A stretch of DNA of 64,000 nt from a virus (taxonomy: Duplodnaviria; Caudoviricetes): the IMG/VR virus record IMGVR_UViG_3300021561_000002, positions 1 to 64,000 of that record; one strand, written 5' to 3'. Position 1 is the first letter of the stretch. The number at the start of each line of letters is the position of its first letter. Position numbers and translations under genes: made by a program. Positions 1-8,661 of this stretch are shown here, in pieces. Under the pieces are notes generated by a model. That model made no database searches and was not told the DNA's origin. It worked only from the letters and a program-made list of their open reading frames with translations.

Positions 1-1
1 C

Positions 2-97
2 TCCGCCGCCGCCTCCGCCTACGCCGCCGACGCCGACGCCGCCTCCGCCGCCGCCTCCGCCTACGCCGCCGACGCCGACGCCGCCTCCGCCGCCGCC
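2..97 (+). repeat. 42-bp perfect tandem repeat (2 full copies plus a partial copy)
   Basis: tccgccgccgcctccgcctacgccgccgacgccgacgccgcc at 2-43 and 44-85, partial at 86-97. Confidence 0.95.
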
Positions 98-169
98 AGA
101 ATCAAATACCGAAAGATGGCCTGTGACATTTTCCGGGAGCACATCAAGCCAGAGGATTTGAAGTTTTAA
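2..169 (+). CDS. 3' end of an Ala-rich low-complexity phage protein (5' truncated by the window edge)
   Basis: Frame 2 reads SAAASAYAADADAA x2, then SAAARIKYRKMACDIFREHIKPEDLKF* (TAA 167-169). AAYAADA-type repeats ending in a short basic tail are common in phage hypothetical proteins. Confidence 0.7.
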   Translation, partial: SAAASAYAADADAASAAASAYAADADAASAAARIKYRKMACDIFREHIKPEDLKF

Positions 170-364
170 CCCCACCCGCAAGGGGGTTCTACGTCGGGGC
201 CGCTTACGTGTCGGGACACGCTTCTACCGAGCGCCCGGCATAAGCCAAAGTAGGAGAGAGGACGACCGGGCAGGGTCGGAAGTCCCTCTCCGGCAAGAGC
301 GGTGCCGAAAGGCTCGAAAGAACGAGACGTTCGAGTGGTTGGGAATAGGAAGTAAGGGGAAATC

Positions 365-703
365 GTGATGGATAAAACGAGCACGCATGGAAAACAAAAA
401 GGCGAGAAGGTTGTGAAGATGCACTTCCTCATCGTGACGGATGGTGGCTCGTACAGAGCCCTCTGTTCATCGCACGGAAAGAACGCAACGTCCAGTTGGA
501 GGAGCGTGACCTGCAAGCGGTGTCGGAAGATGCGCCCTGCGTCTGATGGGGACCTGCTCACATGCAAGCCACCGAAGGGATATATCGAGTACGTGCCCTG
601 GGCGGAGGCCATGATGAAGAAGGGGCACCGGCAGGTAAGGTGCGAGACCTGCGGGAAGTTCTACTTCCCCTGCGAACATCATAGGCACGGGAGGAAGCGA
701 TGA
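365..703 (+). CDS. Small Cys/His-rich (zinc-binding) phage protein
   Basis: CxxH...CKRC and CETC...C motifs; ATGA overlap with the next ORF. Confidence 0.6.
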   Translation: MMDKTSTHGKQKGEKVVKMHFLIVTDGGSYRALCSSHGKNATSSWRSVTCKRCRKMRPASDGDLLTCKPPKGYIEYVPWAEAMMKKGHRQVRCETCGKFYFPCEHHRHGRKR

Positions 704-939
704 GAGCGATAGCCCTGATTTTCGTTCTTTGGTTCTGTTTGCATCCGCAAGGTTTTCTTGCTGATGGAAGGGTGTGGGTGAAGGTCAATGTTGAGAAGGC
801 TACGGTGGAGCAGGATGGCGATTTCATTGTGGTCCGTGAGGCCGGTCGTTCCGTGGAGGTTGCGAGGTTCCTGAAGAAGGATTTCATCTTCTACACGAAC
901 ACTCCGCCTCCCCCGAAGGCTTGGGTATTGAACCCGTGA
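700..939 (+). CDS. Hypothetical protein with N-terminal hydrophobic/signal segment
   Basis: MRAIALIFVLWFCL start; coupled to the upstream ORF. Confidence 0.55.
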   Translation: MRAIALIFVLWFCLHPQGFLADGRVWVKVNVEKATVEQDGDFIVVREAGRSVEVARFLKKDFIFYTNTPPPPKAWVLNP

Positions 940-1010
940 GCAGATGGGAGTAGAGTTGGCACTAATCGAGATGCGACCTAAAGAAGGACGGCTCTCGAAG
1001 AAAGAAACCG

Positions 1011-1247
1011 ATGAACCACCTTGCCCTGCTTGACATCTATTTCGACCGTGACTACAAAGGCTTCGCCTTCCTGCACTTCGATACCGACAGCGCCGACACG
1101 TCTTTCCTTGCGTTCGCAATGAACCAAAGATTATACGATGGCAAGATGCGCTGGCGTCTGGATATGCTCGACATCTTCTGGCTCGAACCCCTGTTCTTTC
1201 AACTGAGGATGTGGTGGCGAGGTCGTGAAATTGACCACAAAGACTAA
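1011..1247 (+). CDS. Hypothetical protein
   Basis: 78-aa ORF in the co-oriented gene run. Confidence 0.5.
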   Translation: MNHLALLDIYFDRDYKGFAFLHFDTDSADTSFLAFAMNQRLYDGKMRWRLDMLDIFWLEPLFFQLRMWWRGREIDHKD

Positions 1248-1821
1248 GACGACATCGAAGGACATCCACGAGGCGCTCGCAAAGAGGTTCTGCGCCCCTG
1301 AGTGGATTTACGCTCGGGAGTTCTCCATGCTACCGGGCTGGACGAGCCTCGGTAGGTTCGTGGACGGCGTGGCGTTCAACGTGTGGCCGTCCAAGCATCA
1401 CATCATCATCGCCTTCGAGATTAAGGTTTCGAGGAGTGACTTCCGGGCCGAACTCAAGGACCCGAGCAAGCGTGCGGCCGCCGTGAAGATGGCCGATGAG
1501 TTCTACTTCGTGACGCCAAAGGGAATGGTACAGCCGAGCGAAATCCCTCATGAGTGCGGGCTCATGGAGGTCGGCGAGAGCGGGGTCCGCATAAAGCTGA
1601 GACCGCCAAAGCCGGACTGGCGGTTCATGAACAAGTACCCCGACGCAATGCCGAGGGGGTTTGCGGCGGCTTTAATCCGCAAGATGAACCCCGACACCAT
1701 CGACATACGGAACAGGAACGATGTCATTCGTCAGCGCCGACTCATTGAGATTTTGAAAGGGAAGATGTCGGCAACGAAGGACAAGGTTAGAGAGTTGGTT
1801 AAGGACCTGAGTGTCGTTTAG
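1225..1821 (+). CDS. MmcB-like (PD-(D/E)xK) DNA repair/nuclease protein
   Basis: VDGVA...AFEIKVSRSDFRAE...K...ADEFYFVTP...EIP..CGL, the motif series typical of MmcB-family proteins. Confidence 0.8.
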   Translation: MKLTTKTKTTSKDIHEALAKRFCAPEWIYAREFSMLPGWTSLGRFVDGVAFNVWPSKHHIIIAFEIKVSRSDFRAELKDPSKRAAAVKMADEFYFVTPKGMVQPSEIPHECGLMEVGESGVRIKLRPPKPDWRFMNKYPDAMPRGFAAALIRKMNPDTIDIRNRNDVIRQRRLIEILKGKMSATKDKVRELVKDLSVV

Positions 1822-2127
1822 GTGAAGAGAGCCGTTTATTACGATTCACGGGAGCGTGGCATGGAAGGGTTTAAGTATTTCGACAGCCGAGAGACGGTCC
1901 TGAAGCACACCTACACCAAGGAGAACGGCGAGGACAAGTTGCTGAAGTCAGAGGTCATTGGTGTTTACTATCTTGGTCATACCGGGGAAATCCCCATGAA
2001 GGTCTGCGTCATGAACAACGGAACGATGAGCATCAAGGTGGGCGGTTTGTCGGTCGGACTGAATAAGGACGCCGTGGAGGACTTGAGAGCCATCCTGTCT
2101 CAGAACTCCGTGGGTCTCGCCTCATGA
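1822..2127 (+). CDS. Hypothetical protein
   Basis: Abuts the previous stop codon; ATGA overlap with the next gene. Confidence 0.55.
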   Translation: MKRAVYYDSRERGMEGFKYFDSRETVLKHTYTKENGEDKLLKSEVIGVYYLGHTGEIPMKVCVMNNGTMSIKVGGLSVGLNKDAVEDLRAILSQNSVGLAS

Positions 2128-2402
2128 AGTACCGAAAGAAGCCCGTGGTCATCGAGGCGTTCAGGTGTTCTGGCCTATTGCGGGCGGCGGCGAACGATTG
2201 GATAGCTCTGCCCCCGGCCATCCAGGCGGCCTACGAAAAACGTGAACTGTTATTCGACGAAAAGAAAAAGCGCATCATCATCAAGACCCTGGAAGGGAAT
2301 ATGACCGCCGAGGTGGATGATATGGTCATCGTCGGAGTCAAGGGCGAGATATACCCCTGCAAGCCGGACATCTTCGCCGATACCTACGAACCGGCCGAAT
2401 AA
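2124..2402 (+). CDS. Conserved small phage protein (KYRKKPVVIEA...YPCKPDIF family)
   Basis: MKYRKKPVVIEAF and TLEG.M.A...D..I.GVKGEIYPCKPDIF..TYE match a widespread phage protein family of unknown function. Confidence 0.8.
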   Translation: MKYRKKPVVIEAFRCSGLLRAAANDWIALPPAIQAAYEKRELLFDEKKKRIIIKTLEGNMTAEVDDMVIVGVKGEIYPCKPDIFADTYEPAE

Positions 2403-2425
2403 TCCTTCCGGGAGGGAGAAGAGCG

Positions 2426-2896
2426 ATGAGCAATGACTTTGATGCGTTGGAGAAGGAACAGTCACGTCTGGTTCGCAAGCGCCACGGCCGGTTCTCCGTG
2501 TGGCGTTTGGTCATCGCCGCATTCATGTTCGCGAACAGCGGACTGGTCATCGCCCGGTTCGACGGGTGGAAGGGCTACGCCATCAGCGCCGTGTGCGTCC
2601 TGATTGGTCTGTACGTTCTGGAAACCATACGTATGCGGGCCAACATGTACCGTGACCTGCTCCATTCGTTTTCGCACGGCATGTTCTCCTCCCACATCGC
2701 TCACGAACTTTCGGAGAACGTTCTGTGGGACGACCAAGATGACCGACGCCAGTACGAGCAACTCATTCAGGAGCGGAACAAGAGCAATCCCATGCCGAAG
2801 GTCGTAACGGACTCGTCCATGCCGAAGGACGCTGTGGTCGTGAAGAGCGGCAAGAGTATGGTGGTCGTGAAGAACATCAAGCCGGGGGGAAAGTAA
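2426..2896 (+). CDS. Membrane protein with two predicted TM helices
   Basis: Hydrophobic segments VWRLVIAAFMFANSGLVIA and YAISAVCVLIGLYVL; RBS-like GGAG upstream. Confidence 0.6.
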   Translation: MSNDFDALEKEQSRLVRKRHGRFSVWRLVIAAFMFANSGLVIARFDGWKGYAISAVCVLIGLYVLETIRMRANMYRDLLHSFSHGMFSSHIAHELSENVLWDDQDDRRQYEQLIQERNKSNPMPKVVTDSSMPKDAVVVKSGKSMVVVKNIKPGGK

Positions 2897-3174
2897 TGCT
2901 CAACTTCCTGAAGAGGCGCAAAGAGATGCGGGTCGAGGCCCTGAAGCACGAGACGGCTTTCAACCGAGTGGGCGATACCATCGCCATCCGTCGCGAGAAG
3001 GATTCCAAGGTCACGTTGTTGTTCTCCCCGGCGAATTGGGGAGGCCACAGCGCGGCGACTCCTCCGTGGATTCACAAGAAGGAGTTCCCGAGCATGACGG
3101 CCCTGAAGCGCTGGTGCCGTGTCCATCACCCGTGTAAGCTCTGGCCCAAGAGCGCCGATGGAGTCAGGGCGTGA
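2896..3174 (+). CDS. Hypothetical protein
   Basis: TAATG coupling to the upstream gene. Confidence 0.55.
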   Translation: MLNFLKRRKEMRVEALKHETAFNRVGDTIAIRREKDSKVTLLFSPANWGGHSAATPPWIHKKEFPSMTALKRWCRVHHPCKLWPKSADGVRA

Positions 3175-3214
3175 AATCCATTTAAAACTTAGCCAATTTT
3201 CTTTACGAATATAC

Positions 3215-3243
3215 TTGCACGTTCTCTAATCGTGTGATATACC
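3215..3243 (+). promoter_or_regulatory. Putative sigma70-type promoter
   Basis: TTGCAC-17 bp-TATACC with TG two bases upstream of the -10 box, inside an AT-rich intergenic gap (3175-3282). Confidence 0.55.
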
Positions 3244-3320
3244 TATATGCGTTAGATAGATAAATCAACCGGGAGGGCTCTTATGAAGGCGAAGGAAACC
3301 AAGGTCAAGGAGGCTGGCTT

Positions 3321-3551
3321 GTGAAATACTTTGAGGTTGAAGGCGCGGATGGCATGGAGCAGTTCACGTCGATTCGTTCACTCAGAAAGCATCTGTGCCT
3401 TCATCCCGAAGTTAACGTGGTCTATCGGTACTGGTGGTCCGGTTCCGACCTCGTGGAGTGCAAGTTTCTCCGTCGTGAAGAGGTCATGAAGGGTAAGGGA
3501 CTGAAGAATGGCATGACCGCTCAATGGGCGGCGAGTCACGGAAGACTTTAA
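3321..3551 (+). CDS. Hypothetical protein
   Basis: GTG start with AAGGAGG RBS. Confidence 0.6.
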   Translation: MKYFEVEGADGMEQFTSIRSLRKHLCLHPEVNVVYRYWWSGSDLVECKFLRREEVMKGKGLKNGMTAQWAASHGRL

Positions 3552-3567
3552 AACTCAGGAGGACACA

Positions 3568-3867
3568 ATGCTCAAGCCACGCCAAACGTCCGATTCGACC
3601 GAAGCCCGTTATCGGGTCATCTGCAACGAGACCTTGTATATCGTCCAGGAAGGTCTCAAGGCGGCTCATGTGGATTACTACCACTACGGGGCTCCATCTG
3701 GAACCCCGGGCGACTCGATGGATAAGGATATCAAGTACCTCGTGGTGGCGGTGGACGAGGATGGGAAGAAGACGCTTACTCGCGTGAAAAGCATTCTCAT
3801 CGCCACGGAGGTAGCTCGCAAGTTCGTGAGAGGGGGATACCCGTGGATGAAAGTCAAGATGGCTTGA
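3568..3867 (+). CDS. Hypothetical protein
   Basis: AGGAGG RBS; 99 aa. Confidence 0.65.
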   Translation: MLKPRQTSDSTEARYRVICNETLYIVQEGLKAAHVDYYHYGAPSGTPGDSMDKDIKYLVVAVDEDGKKTLTRVKSILIATEVARKFVRGGYPWMKVKMA

Positions 3868-3901
3868 ATCGGCAGGCAATAGCTCATGTGGGAGGAACAG
3901 C

Positions 3902-4258
3902 GTGACGAAAAAAGAGATTCTTTGCATGGCGACAGCCGCCATACGAGCCAGCAAACCGATGGGCTTGGGTTTATTTCACCATCAGAACAAAGATAGTCAA
4001 ATCACACCTTCGGAGGTATTGAAGTCCGGTGTGTTTGGGGGCTGTCCGAAACGCGAGTCGTTGGACATAGACTACTTCAACGGACGGATGGTGAAGTTTG
4101 GAGCGAGGGCCCGTGGAGACGTATGGAGCGTGACGAGGGGAGACTCGCCTCGGCCCGACTACCAGAGTTGGGCCATGAAGTATCCGACTCTTGAGGACCT
4201 GTATCTGGCAGGGCTGTATGTCGCGGACGAAATGAGGGACGCCAATGGCGTCGAATGA
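3902..4258 (+). CDS. Hypothetical phage protein
   Basis: GGAGG RBS and GTG start; DYxxGRxxK motif. Confidence 0.6.
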   Translation: MTKKEILCMATAAIRASKPMGLGLFHHQNKDSQITPSEVLKSGVFGGCPKRESLDIDYFNGRMVKFGARARGDVWSVTRGDSPRPDYQSWAMKYPTLEDLYLAGLYVADEMRDANGVE

Positions 4259-4691
4259 ATGCTCCTGTAATAAGTGCGTCCGTGCGTGCAAGAACACGCC
4301 GGGGTGGTTCGCCCCTGGCGAGGCGGAGGGGGCGGCGTCTTTGTTCGGCGTTCCTTTCGAGGAGTTCTTCAGGAAGTACCTCGTGGTCGATTATTGGGAC
4401 GGTGACGAGGATACGGACTGGAAGACGGTGCTTGTTCTGTCTCCGAACAAGAAGGACTTCCCCGAGTACGTTGGGAAGAAGGCCCCGCACACGTTCCCGT
4501 TCCTGAAGAGCCCGTGCGTCTTCCTCGTGGATAACCGGTGCTCTATCCACGCCAACAAGCCAAAGGAATGCAGGGACGTGATGTGCGACAGCAAGGACGG
4601 AATGGTGTTCCGGGAGGCCGTTCGGGACCTGTGGAATAAACCGGAGCATCAAGAAAAACTTTCTGGACTTTTGGGTAAGGTTGAAGTATAG
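4245..4691 (+). CDS. YkgJ-family cysteine-cluster (Zn/Fe-chelating) protein
   Basis: CSCNKCVRAC at the N-terminus and CVFL...CSIH..KP..CR at the C-terminus. Confidence 0.8.
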   Translation: MASNECSCNKCVRACKNTPGWFAPGEAEGAASLFGVPFEEFFRKYLVVDYWDGDEDTDWKTVLVLSPNKKDFPEYVGKKAPHTFPFLKSPCVFLVDNRCSIHANKPKECRDVMCDSKDGMVFREAVRDLWNKPEHQEKLSGLLGKVEV

Positions 4692-4717
4692 GTATATCAA
4701 TCAAACGGGAGGACGCC

Positions 4718-5056
4718 GTGGAAGAGAAACCGAAGAAGCCGGCCGTGCCGAGGGACCTCATCTTGACCGTCACGCTTCCCGAGGGGACGCCGAAGATTAC
4801 GTCTGCGCTCGGAAAGGTGTACCAACACAGTCTGTCCGACGAGCAGGCCGCTCGCCTCAAGGTCAACTCTTTGCGCCGGACCTACGAGGTCGGCAAGGTC
4901 ATCTCCGTGCATCCGCAACGCCGCCAGTTGACGGTTCAGGTTCCGGGGAACCGTGTGGCCTGGGTCGAACGAGTCCTCCTGGGCAAGGAGCCTGTCGGCA
5001 CGAACAAGCCGAAGTACGAAGTGGAAGCCCCGAAGGCGGAGGCCACCGAGCCATGA
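4718..5056 (+). CDS. Hypothetical protein
   Basis: GGAGG RBS, GTG start; ATGA overlap with the next gene. Confidence 0.6.
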   Translation: MEEKPKKPAVPRDLILTVTLPEGTPKITSALGKVYQHSLSDEQAARLKVNSLRRTYEVGKVISVHPQRRQLTVQVPGNRVAWVERVLLGKEPVGTNKPKYEVEAPKAEATEP

Positions 5057-5424
5057 GTGAACAGGTCCGCCTGGAACCGGTTGGTGAACTGAGCTTCCTC
5101 GTCTTTATCAAGATGGACAATGGCAAGGAACGACAGATTGGGAAGTTCGACCAGTACCGGGGGACCTACACCACGGAGCGGAAATTCTCCAAGCACTACT
5201 TCAAGAAGCTGGATGCTTGGGGAATCAGCGATGCGGCTCTCAAGGCCCTGAACGGCCTGAAGAAGGTCATCGTGCGTGACGTGGAGAGCCTCCGGTCTTA
5301 CGAGTCCTCCATCGAGGATATGCGGAAGTACGGCACGTACCTTTGCTTCAAGGCGAAGGGATTCGAGAAGCAGTTGTTCGTTCCGCTGTCGTGCTGGAAA
5401 GAAACGGAGTTCGGGACCAAATGA
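5053..5424 (+). CDS. Hypothetical phage protein (start reassigned to ATG 5053)
   Basis: C-terminal part of track ORF 4681..5424 from MSEQVRLE; its ATG overlaps the upstream stop. Confidence 0.6.
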   Translation: MSEQVRLEPVGELSFLVFIKMDNGKERQIGKFDQYRGTYTTERKFSKHYFKKLDAWGISDAALKALNGLKKVIVRDVESLRSYESSIEDMRKYGTYLCFKAKGFEKQLFVPLSCWKETEFGTK

Positions 5425-6068
5425 GCGACCTGAGAATCATGGTGGACATCGAGACCACCGGCAACGACCCGTCCACGGTGGACATCCTTAACATCGGCAT
5501 GTTGTCTTGCGAGAGGCAATGCGATGGGTTCTGGCATCCCGGCCCGTCCCTGAATGTTCTGCTTCATACGAGCATGGACCCTCCGACTCCATTCGCACGT
5601 GAGCATCAGGTTGAACTCTACGAAATGTGCAAAGCAGTTGACCCGAAGCCAAAAGAGGTCGTGATAAAAGCCATCCACGAGTTCTTCGATGTTCACTCCA
5701 ACGGGTATGGGGTTGGTCCTCATCGCTTCATGGGATGGAACGCCGCAGGATTTGACATGCCGATTCTCGTGAGGCATGGATACCTCATGCAACCTGTTTA
5801 TAGACAGACGACTGATGGAAAAGAGGTCCTGGTCGGAGATTTCCACTATCGCATCATGGACATCCAGAGCATCTACAATTTTGTGCGTGAGACGTTCCGT
5901 GGTGTACCGAGTGACAAGGAACAGTTCGACAATCTCCTCAAGGATAGAGAGAGGCCGATACCGACTTTTGCTGGCGAAAACGTGCGTAAGCACTTTGCTC
6001 TCGACGACTGCTATCGGCAGTTGGATACCTTGAATCGACTCATTGACCTGGCTCAGGAGCTAAAATGA
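5421..6068 (+). CDS. DEDD-superfamily 3'-5' exonuclease
   Basis: IMVDIETTG (ExoI), GWNAAGFDMPIL (ExoII), HFALDDC (ExoIII); start ATG 5421. Confidence 0.85.
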   Translation: MSDLRIMVDIETTGNDPSTVDILNIGMLSCERQCDGFWHPGPSLNVLLHTSMDPPTPFAREHQVELYEMCKAVDPKPKEVVIKAIHEFFDVHSNGYGVGPHRFMGWNAAGFDMPILVRHGYLMQPVYRQTTDGKEVLVGDFHYRIMDIQSIYNFVRETFRGVPSDKEQFDNLLKDRERPIPTFAGENVRKHFALDDCYRQLDTLNRLIDLAQELK

Positions 6069-6334
6069 AATTCATCCTCTACGTTCTCTCCCTGCTGAAG
6101 AAGTTACACGTCCATAGTTGGGGCGTGCTTGACTACGAGCGGAAGGACCATGAGTTCTACCGCAAGGTGAAGTTCCGAATCTGTCCTCGGTGCAATACCA
6201 TCCAGGAATATCGGTGCGGCGAGTGGGGTGGGGTCGTGAACTACGAAAGCCTGAAAGAGGCCATTCAATTTCAGGAAGAACAAGGTTTGGAAACAAGAAT
6301 CTTGTGTAGGGTACTGGAAAGTTTTAAGTGGTAG
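6065..6334 (+). CDS. Hypothetical protein with CPRC motif
   Basis: ATGA overlap with the exonuclease gene. Confidence 0.5.
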   Translation: MKFILYVLSLLKKLHVHSWGVLDYERKDHEFYRKVKFRICPRCNTIQEYRCGEWGGVVNYESLKEAIQFQEEQGLETRILCRVLESFKW

Positions 6335-6358
6335 AATGACGCCCTATGCGAGGGGCGG

Positions 6359-6520
6359 ATGAACGGCAAGGAACTGCGTCGTGACATCGAACGTCTTGTG
6401 AAGCGGTACGGGGCTGAATATGTCACCCGCCAGATTCTTATTGTCGAATCGGAACGAGCGAAGAGAGAAATCGAAAAGAGCAAACATGAGAATCCTAATC
6501 CTCGAAGACAGCACAGATAG
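6359..6520 (+). CDS. Small hypothetical protein (53 aa, below the ORF-track cutoff)
   Basis: ATG 6359 reads MNGKELRRDIERLVKRYGAEYVTRQILIVESERAKREIEKSKHENPNPRRQHR* and fills the gap between genes. Confidence 0.4.
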   Translation: MNGKELRRDIERLVKRYGAEYVTRQILIVESERAKREIEKSKHENPNPRRQHR

Positions 6521-6851
6521 GGTTGAGCAGTTCAAGAGAAACATCGGCCAACGTCACATGTTGTCAATCACCAGTTCGTCCAGGCAGGCCATCGACCTCT
6601 TGAAGAACAACAAGTGGGACCTATTGTGTTTGGACCACGACCTCGGAGGGCGGGTGTTCGTTCCGTCGGGCGAGGACACGGGGTACGAGGTGGCGACCTT
6701 CCTCGAAATCAACCCTGAGTTCATGCCGACGAACATCATCGTTCACAGCCTCAATCCTGTCGGGGCGAAGAACATCCTGTCCGTGCTGAAGGGCGCAAGG
6801 CAGGTTCCGTTCGCATGGACGAAATCCCTGGAAGAGATTTTGAAATCCTAG
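6486..6851 (+). CDS. Cyclic-phosphate-processing receiver (REC-like) domain protein
   Basis: MRILILED...LCLDHDLGG...GYEVA...IIVHSLNPVG carries the DHDLG and HSxNP signatures of this stand-alone receiver family; start ATG 6486. Confidence 0.8.
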   Translation: MRILILEDSTDRVEQFKRNIGQRHMLSITSSSRQAIDLLKNNKWDLLCLDHDLGGRVFVPSGEDTGYEVATFLEINPEFMPTNIIVHSLNPVGAKNILSVLKGARQVPFAWTKSLEEILKS

Positions 6852-6917
6852 TAACCGGGAGACCGGTGAAAGCGAGCCTCGGCTCGTGACTAAAAAAACA
6901 AAAAAGAGGTGTGTGAG

Positions 6918-7529
6918 ATGAAGAAAGGTTTCTTGCTGTTCATGCTGATGCTGTCAATCTTCACCGCTCCGTTTGCTTTCGCCGGGGATGACGCCACGAA
7001 TACCGATGGCTTGACCCTGACGATGACGGTCGGCGACGTGACGTTGGACGTGGATGGTGACTACACGTGGAAGAACCTCGTGGAGGAGCCCGGTCTCAAG
7101 TCCGGCACCGATGCGTACAAGAAGGCCCATTCGGAGTGCATGGCGTGGGATTCCTTGTGGGCCGATTACAGGAAGGCCAAGACCGACGGCGATTATGCGA
7201 AGGCCGAAGCGGTCGCTCCCTATTCCGTCTTGAAGGGGTGGTGTGCGTGGCATCAAGGGTGTCAGCGTATCGGCTCCATGCAAGAGGTCGAGGGACGAGG
7301 CAATATCTACGTGTACTCGCCGGATACCCCGAAGGAAGAACTGGAAGCCGCCTTGAAGGATTTCCAGCGTGCTTTGCGATGGGCCAACGTTTCCAAGACG
7401 GCGAAGGTCGTTGGCATGGGCAATCCGGCGCACAATACCGATGCTCTCATCAAGCAGGTCAAACGCTCTATCGACGTGGTGGAGACCATGTTGAACGGCG
7501 GTGACAAGCAAGTGAAGGCCAAGAAGTAA
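6918..7529 (+). CDS. Secreted/exported protein with signal peptide
   Basis: MKKGFLLFMLMLSIFTAPFAFA-G signal sequence with an AxA cleavage site; AGAGG RBS. Confidence 0.7.
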   Translation: MKKGFLLFMLMLSIFTAPFAFAGDDATNTDGLTLTMTVGDVTLDVDGDYTWKNLVEEPGLKSGTDAYKKAHSECMAWDSLWADYRKAKTDGDYAKAEAVAPYSVLKGWCAWHQGCQRIGSMQEVEGRGNIYVYSPDTPKEELEAALKDFQRALRWANVSKTAKVVGMGNPAHNTDALIKQVKRSIDVVETMLNGGDKQVKAKK

Positions 7530-7739
7530 GTGCGGATTACGGGAGCCCGGTGGAGTCCGGTCGTCAACTACCTCGACATCGAGTGTGAGTGTGGCGTCCA
7601 GTTCGTCCACCGGGCTGACCGTTGGAAGCTGAAGTGTCCCTCTTGTGGAAGGCAAGACCATCTAGGAAAAGTTCGGGAGAGGTACGTCAATGAGTCAGCC
7701 GGTCATGGAGATATGCAACAGATGTCTCGGCCACGGTGA
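7530..7739 (+). CDS. Zinc-ribbon protein
   Basis: CECG...CPSCG. Confidence 0.5.
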   Translation: MRITGARWSPVVNYLDIECECGVQFVHRADRWKLKCPSCGRQDHLGKVRERYVNESAGHGDMQQMSRPR

Positions 7740-7950
7740 AAGAGAAGTAATCCTGACAACTGGTATCCGTGAAGTGAAGAAGTGCTGGATGTGTGATGGC
7801 GCAGGCCGTTTGCCGGTATTCAAAGCTCCCTCCCCGCAGGTCTCGACCCACGCAGTTCCGGCGCCTAAAAAAGTGCAACGCCCAACGAGCCACTTGTCCG
7901 CCCCTCTTGGGGACCTGAGTTGGCTTCCGAGCAGGAGAGGAAAAGCCTAA
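7690..7950 (+). CDS. Small CxxCxGxG zinc-finger protein
   Basis: CNRCLGHG...CWMCDGAG (DnaJ-type repeat pair). Confidence 0.55.
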   Translation: MSQPVMEICNRCLGHGEREVILTTGIREVKKCWMCDGAGRLPVFKAPSPQVSTHAVPAPKKVQRPTSHLSAPLGDLSWLPSRRGKA

Positions 7951-7956
7951 AAACGG

Positions 7957-7985
7957 TTGAAGGGCTTTCGCTTTAGATATAAGAT
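7957..7985 (+). promoter_or_regulatory. Putative sigma70-type promoter
   Basis: TTGAAG-17 bp-TAAGAT in an AT-rich intergenic gap upstream of ORF 8017. Confidence 0.4.
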
Positions 7986-8016
7986 TTTTTCTAAGTTCAG
8001 ACCCAGGAGGTCTTAG

Positions 8017-8373
8017 GTGACAACCAAGAAGTCAGCCAAGCCTTCTACGGCATCCGGCAAGGCAAAGAAGCCTGCCGCCCCGAAGCAAGAGAAGAAGTCC
8101 CCCAAAGAAGTCAAGCCAGTCGTCGCTCCTCCCGCTCCCGCCCCCGTAGCGTCGGTCGATACCATCGTTGTCGAGGGCGTGAAGAACGGGTACAACAGAA
8201 ACTTCACGACGAACGTGGACCTTCGGAAGAAGGGCGAGTTCGTCCTGCTGGTCAACAACGCCCGGCAGTCTTCGCCGGGAGACTACTCGATTGTTTCGTT
8301 CGACGGCACGCAGTTCAGGTTGTCGATTGCTCCATCTCTCAGCGACCGTATCGAGGTCCGTCGGACCCGGTGA
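8017..8373 (+). CDS. Protein with Lys/Ala/Pro-rich N-terminal arm
   Basis: AGGAGG RBS; MTTKKSAKPSTASGKAKKPAAPKQEKK low-complexity N-terminus followed by a globular-looking half. Confidence 0.65.
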   Translation: MTTKKSAKPSTASGKAKKPAAPKQEKKSPKEVKPVVAPPAPAPVASVDTIVVEGVKNGYNRNFTTNVDLRKKGEFVLLVNNARQSSPGDYSIVSFDGTQFRLSIAPSLSDRIEVRRTR

Positions 8374-8418
8374 ACGAACCGCCTGCTAGATGCCACGAAG
8401 AGATGACGGGAGGATGAG

Positions 8419-8661
8419 ATGGGAAAGCCGATTAAGCTGACGAAGGACTACGTGATTCAGGGTGTCACCATCTCGGCGGGGACCGTCGGGGAGCTTGTCT
8501 CGAACCCCGGCCGTGACGACAGCCCGATGGCGAGCCAGCCGGACCAAGAGCACGGAACCGTCAAGGTCTTTTTCCCGAAGCACTCGATGGAGATTGGCGT
8601 TCCGATTGACCGGATGCCGGAGTGGTTCGAGGATGTTCCGGCCGACACGGTTCCCCTGTGA
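8419..8661 (+). CDS. Hypothetical protein
   Basis: GGAGG RBS; 80 aa. Confidence 0.6.
   Translation: MGKPIKLTKDYVIQGVTISAGTVGELVSNPGRDDSPMASQPDQEHGTVKVFFPKHSMEIGVPIDRMPEWFEDVPADTVPL

Noticed and set aside
3283-3324. 13-codon ORF MKAKETKVKEAGL after a good RBS, overlapping the GTG of ORF 3321
   Set aside because: Too short to support. It could be a leader peptide, but nothing in the sequence distinguishes it from chance.
4681-5052. N-terminal extension of track ORF 4681..5424, and similar extensions of 5343, 6420, 29765, 37889 and 61021
   Set aside because: These overlap better-supported upstream genes in another frame; internal ATGs with an RBS or stop-start coupling give more plausible starts.
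6872-6906. Hairpin cgagc-ctcg-gctcg followed by an A tract
   Set aside because: The A tract follows the stem on the + strand, and on the - strand the T tract precedes it, so it fits an intrinsic terminator in neither orientation.
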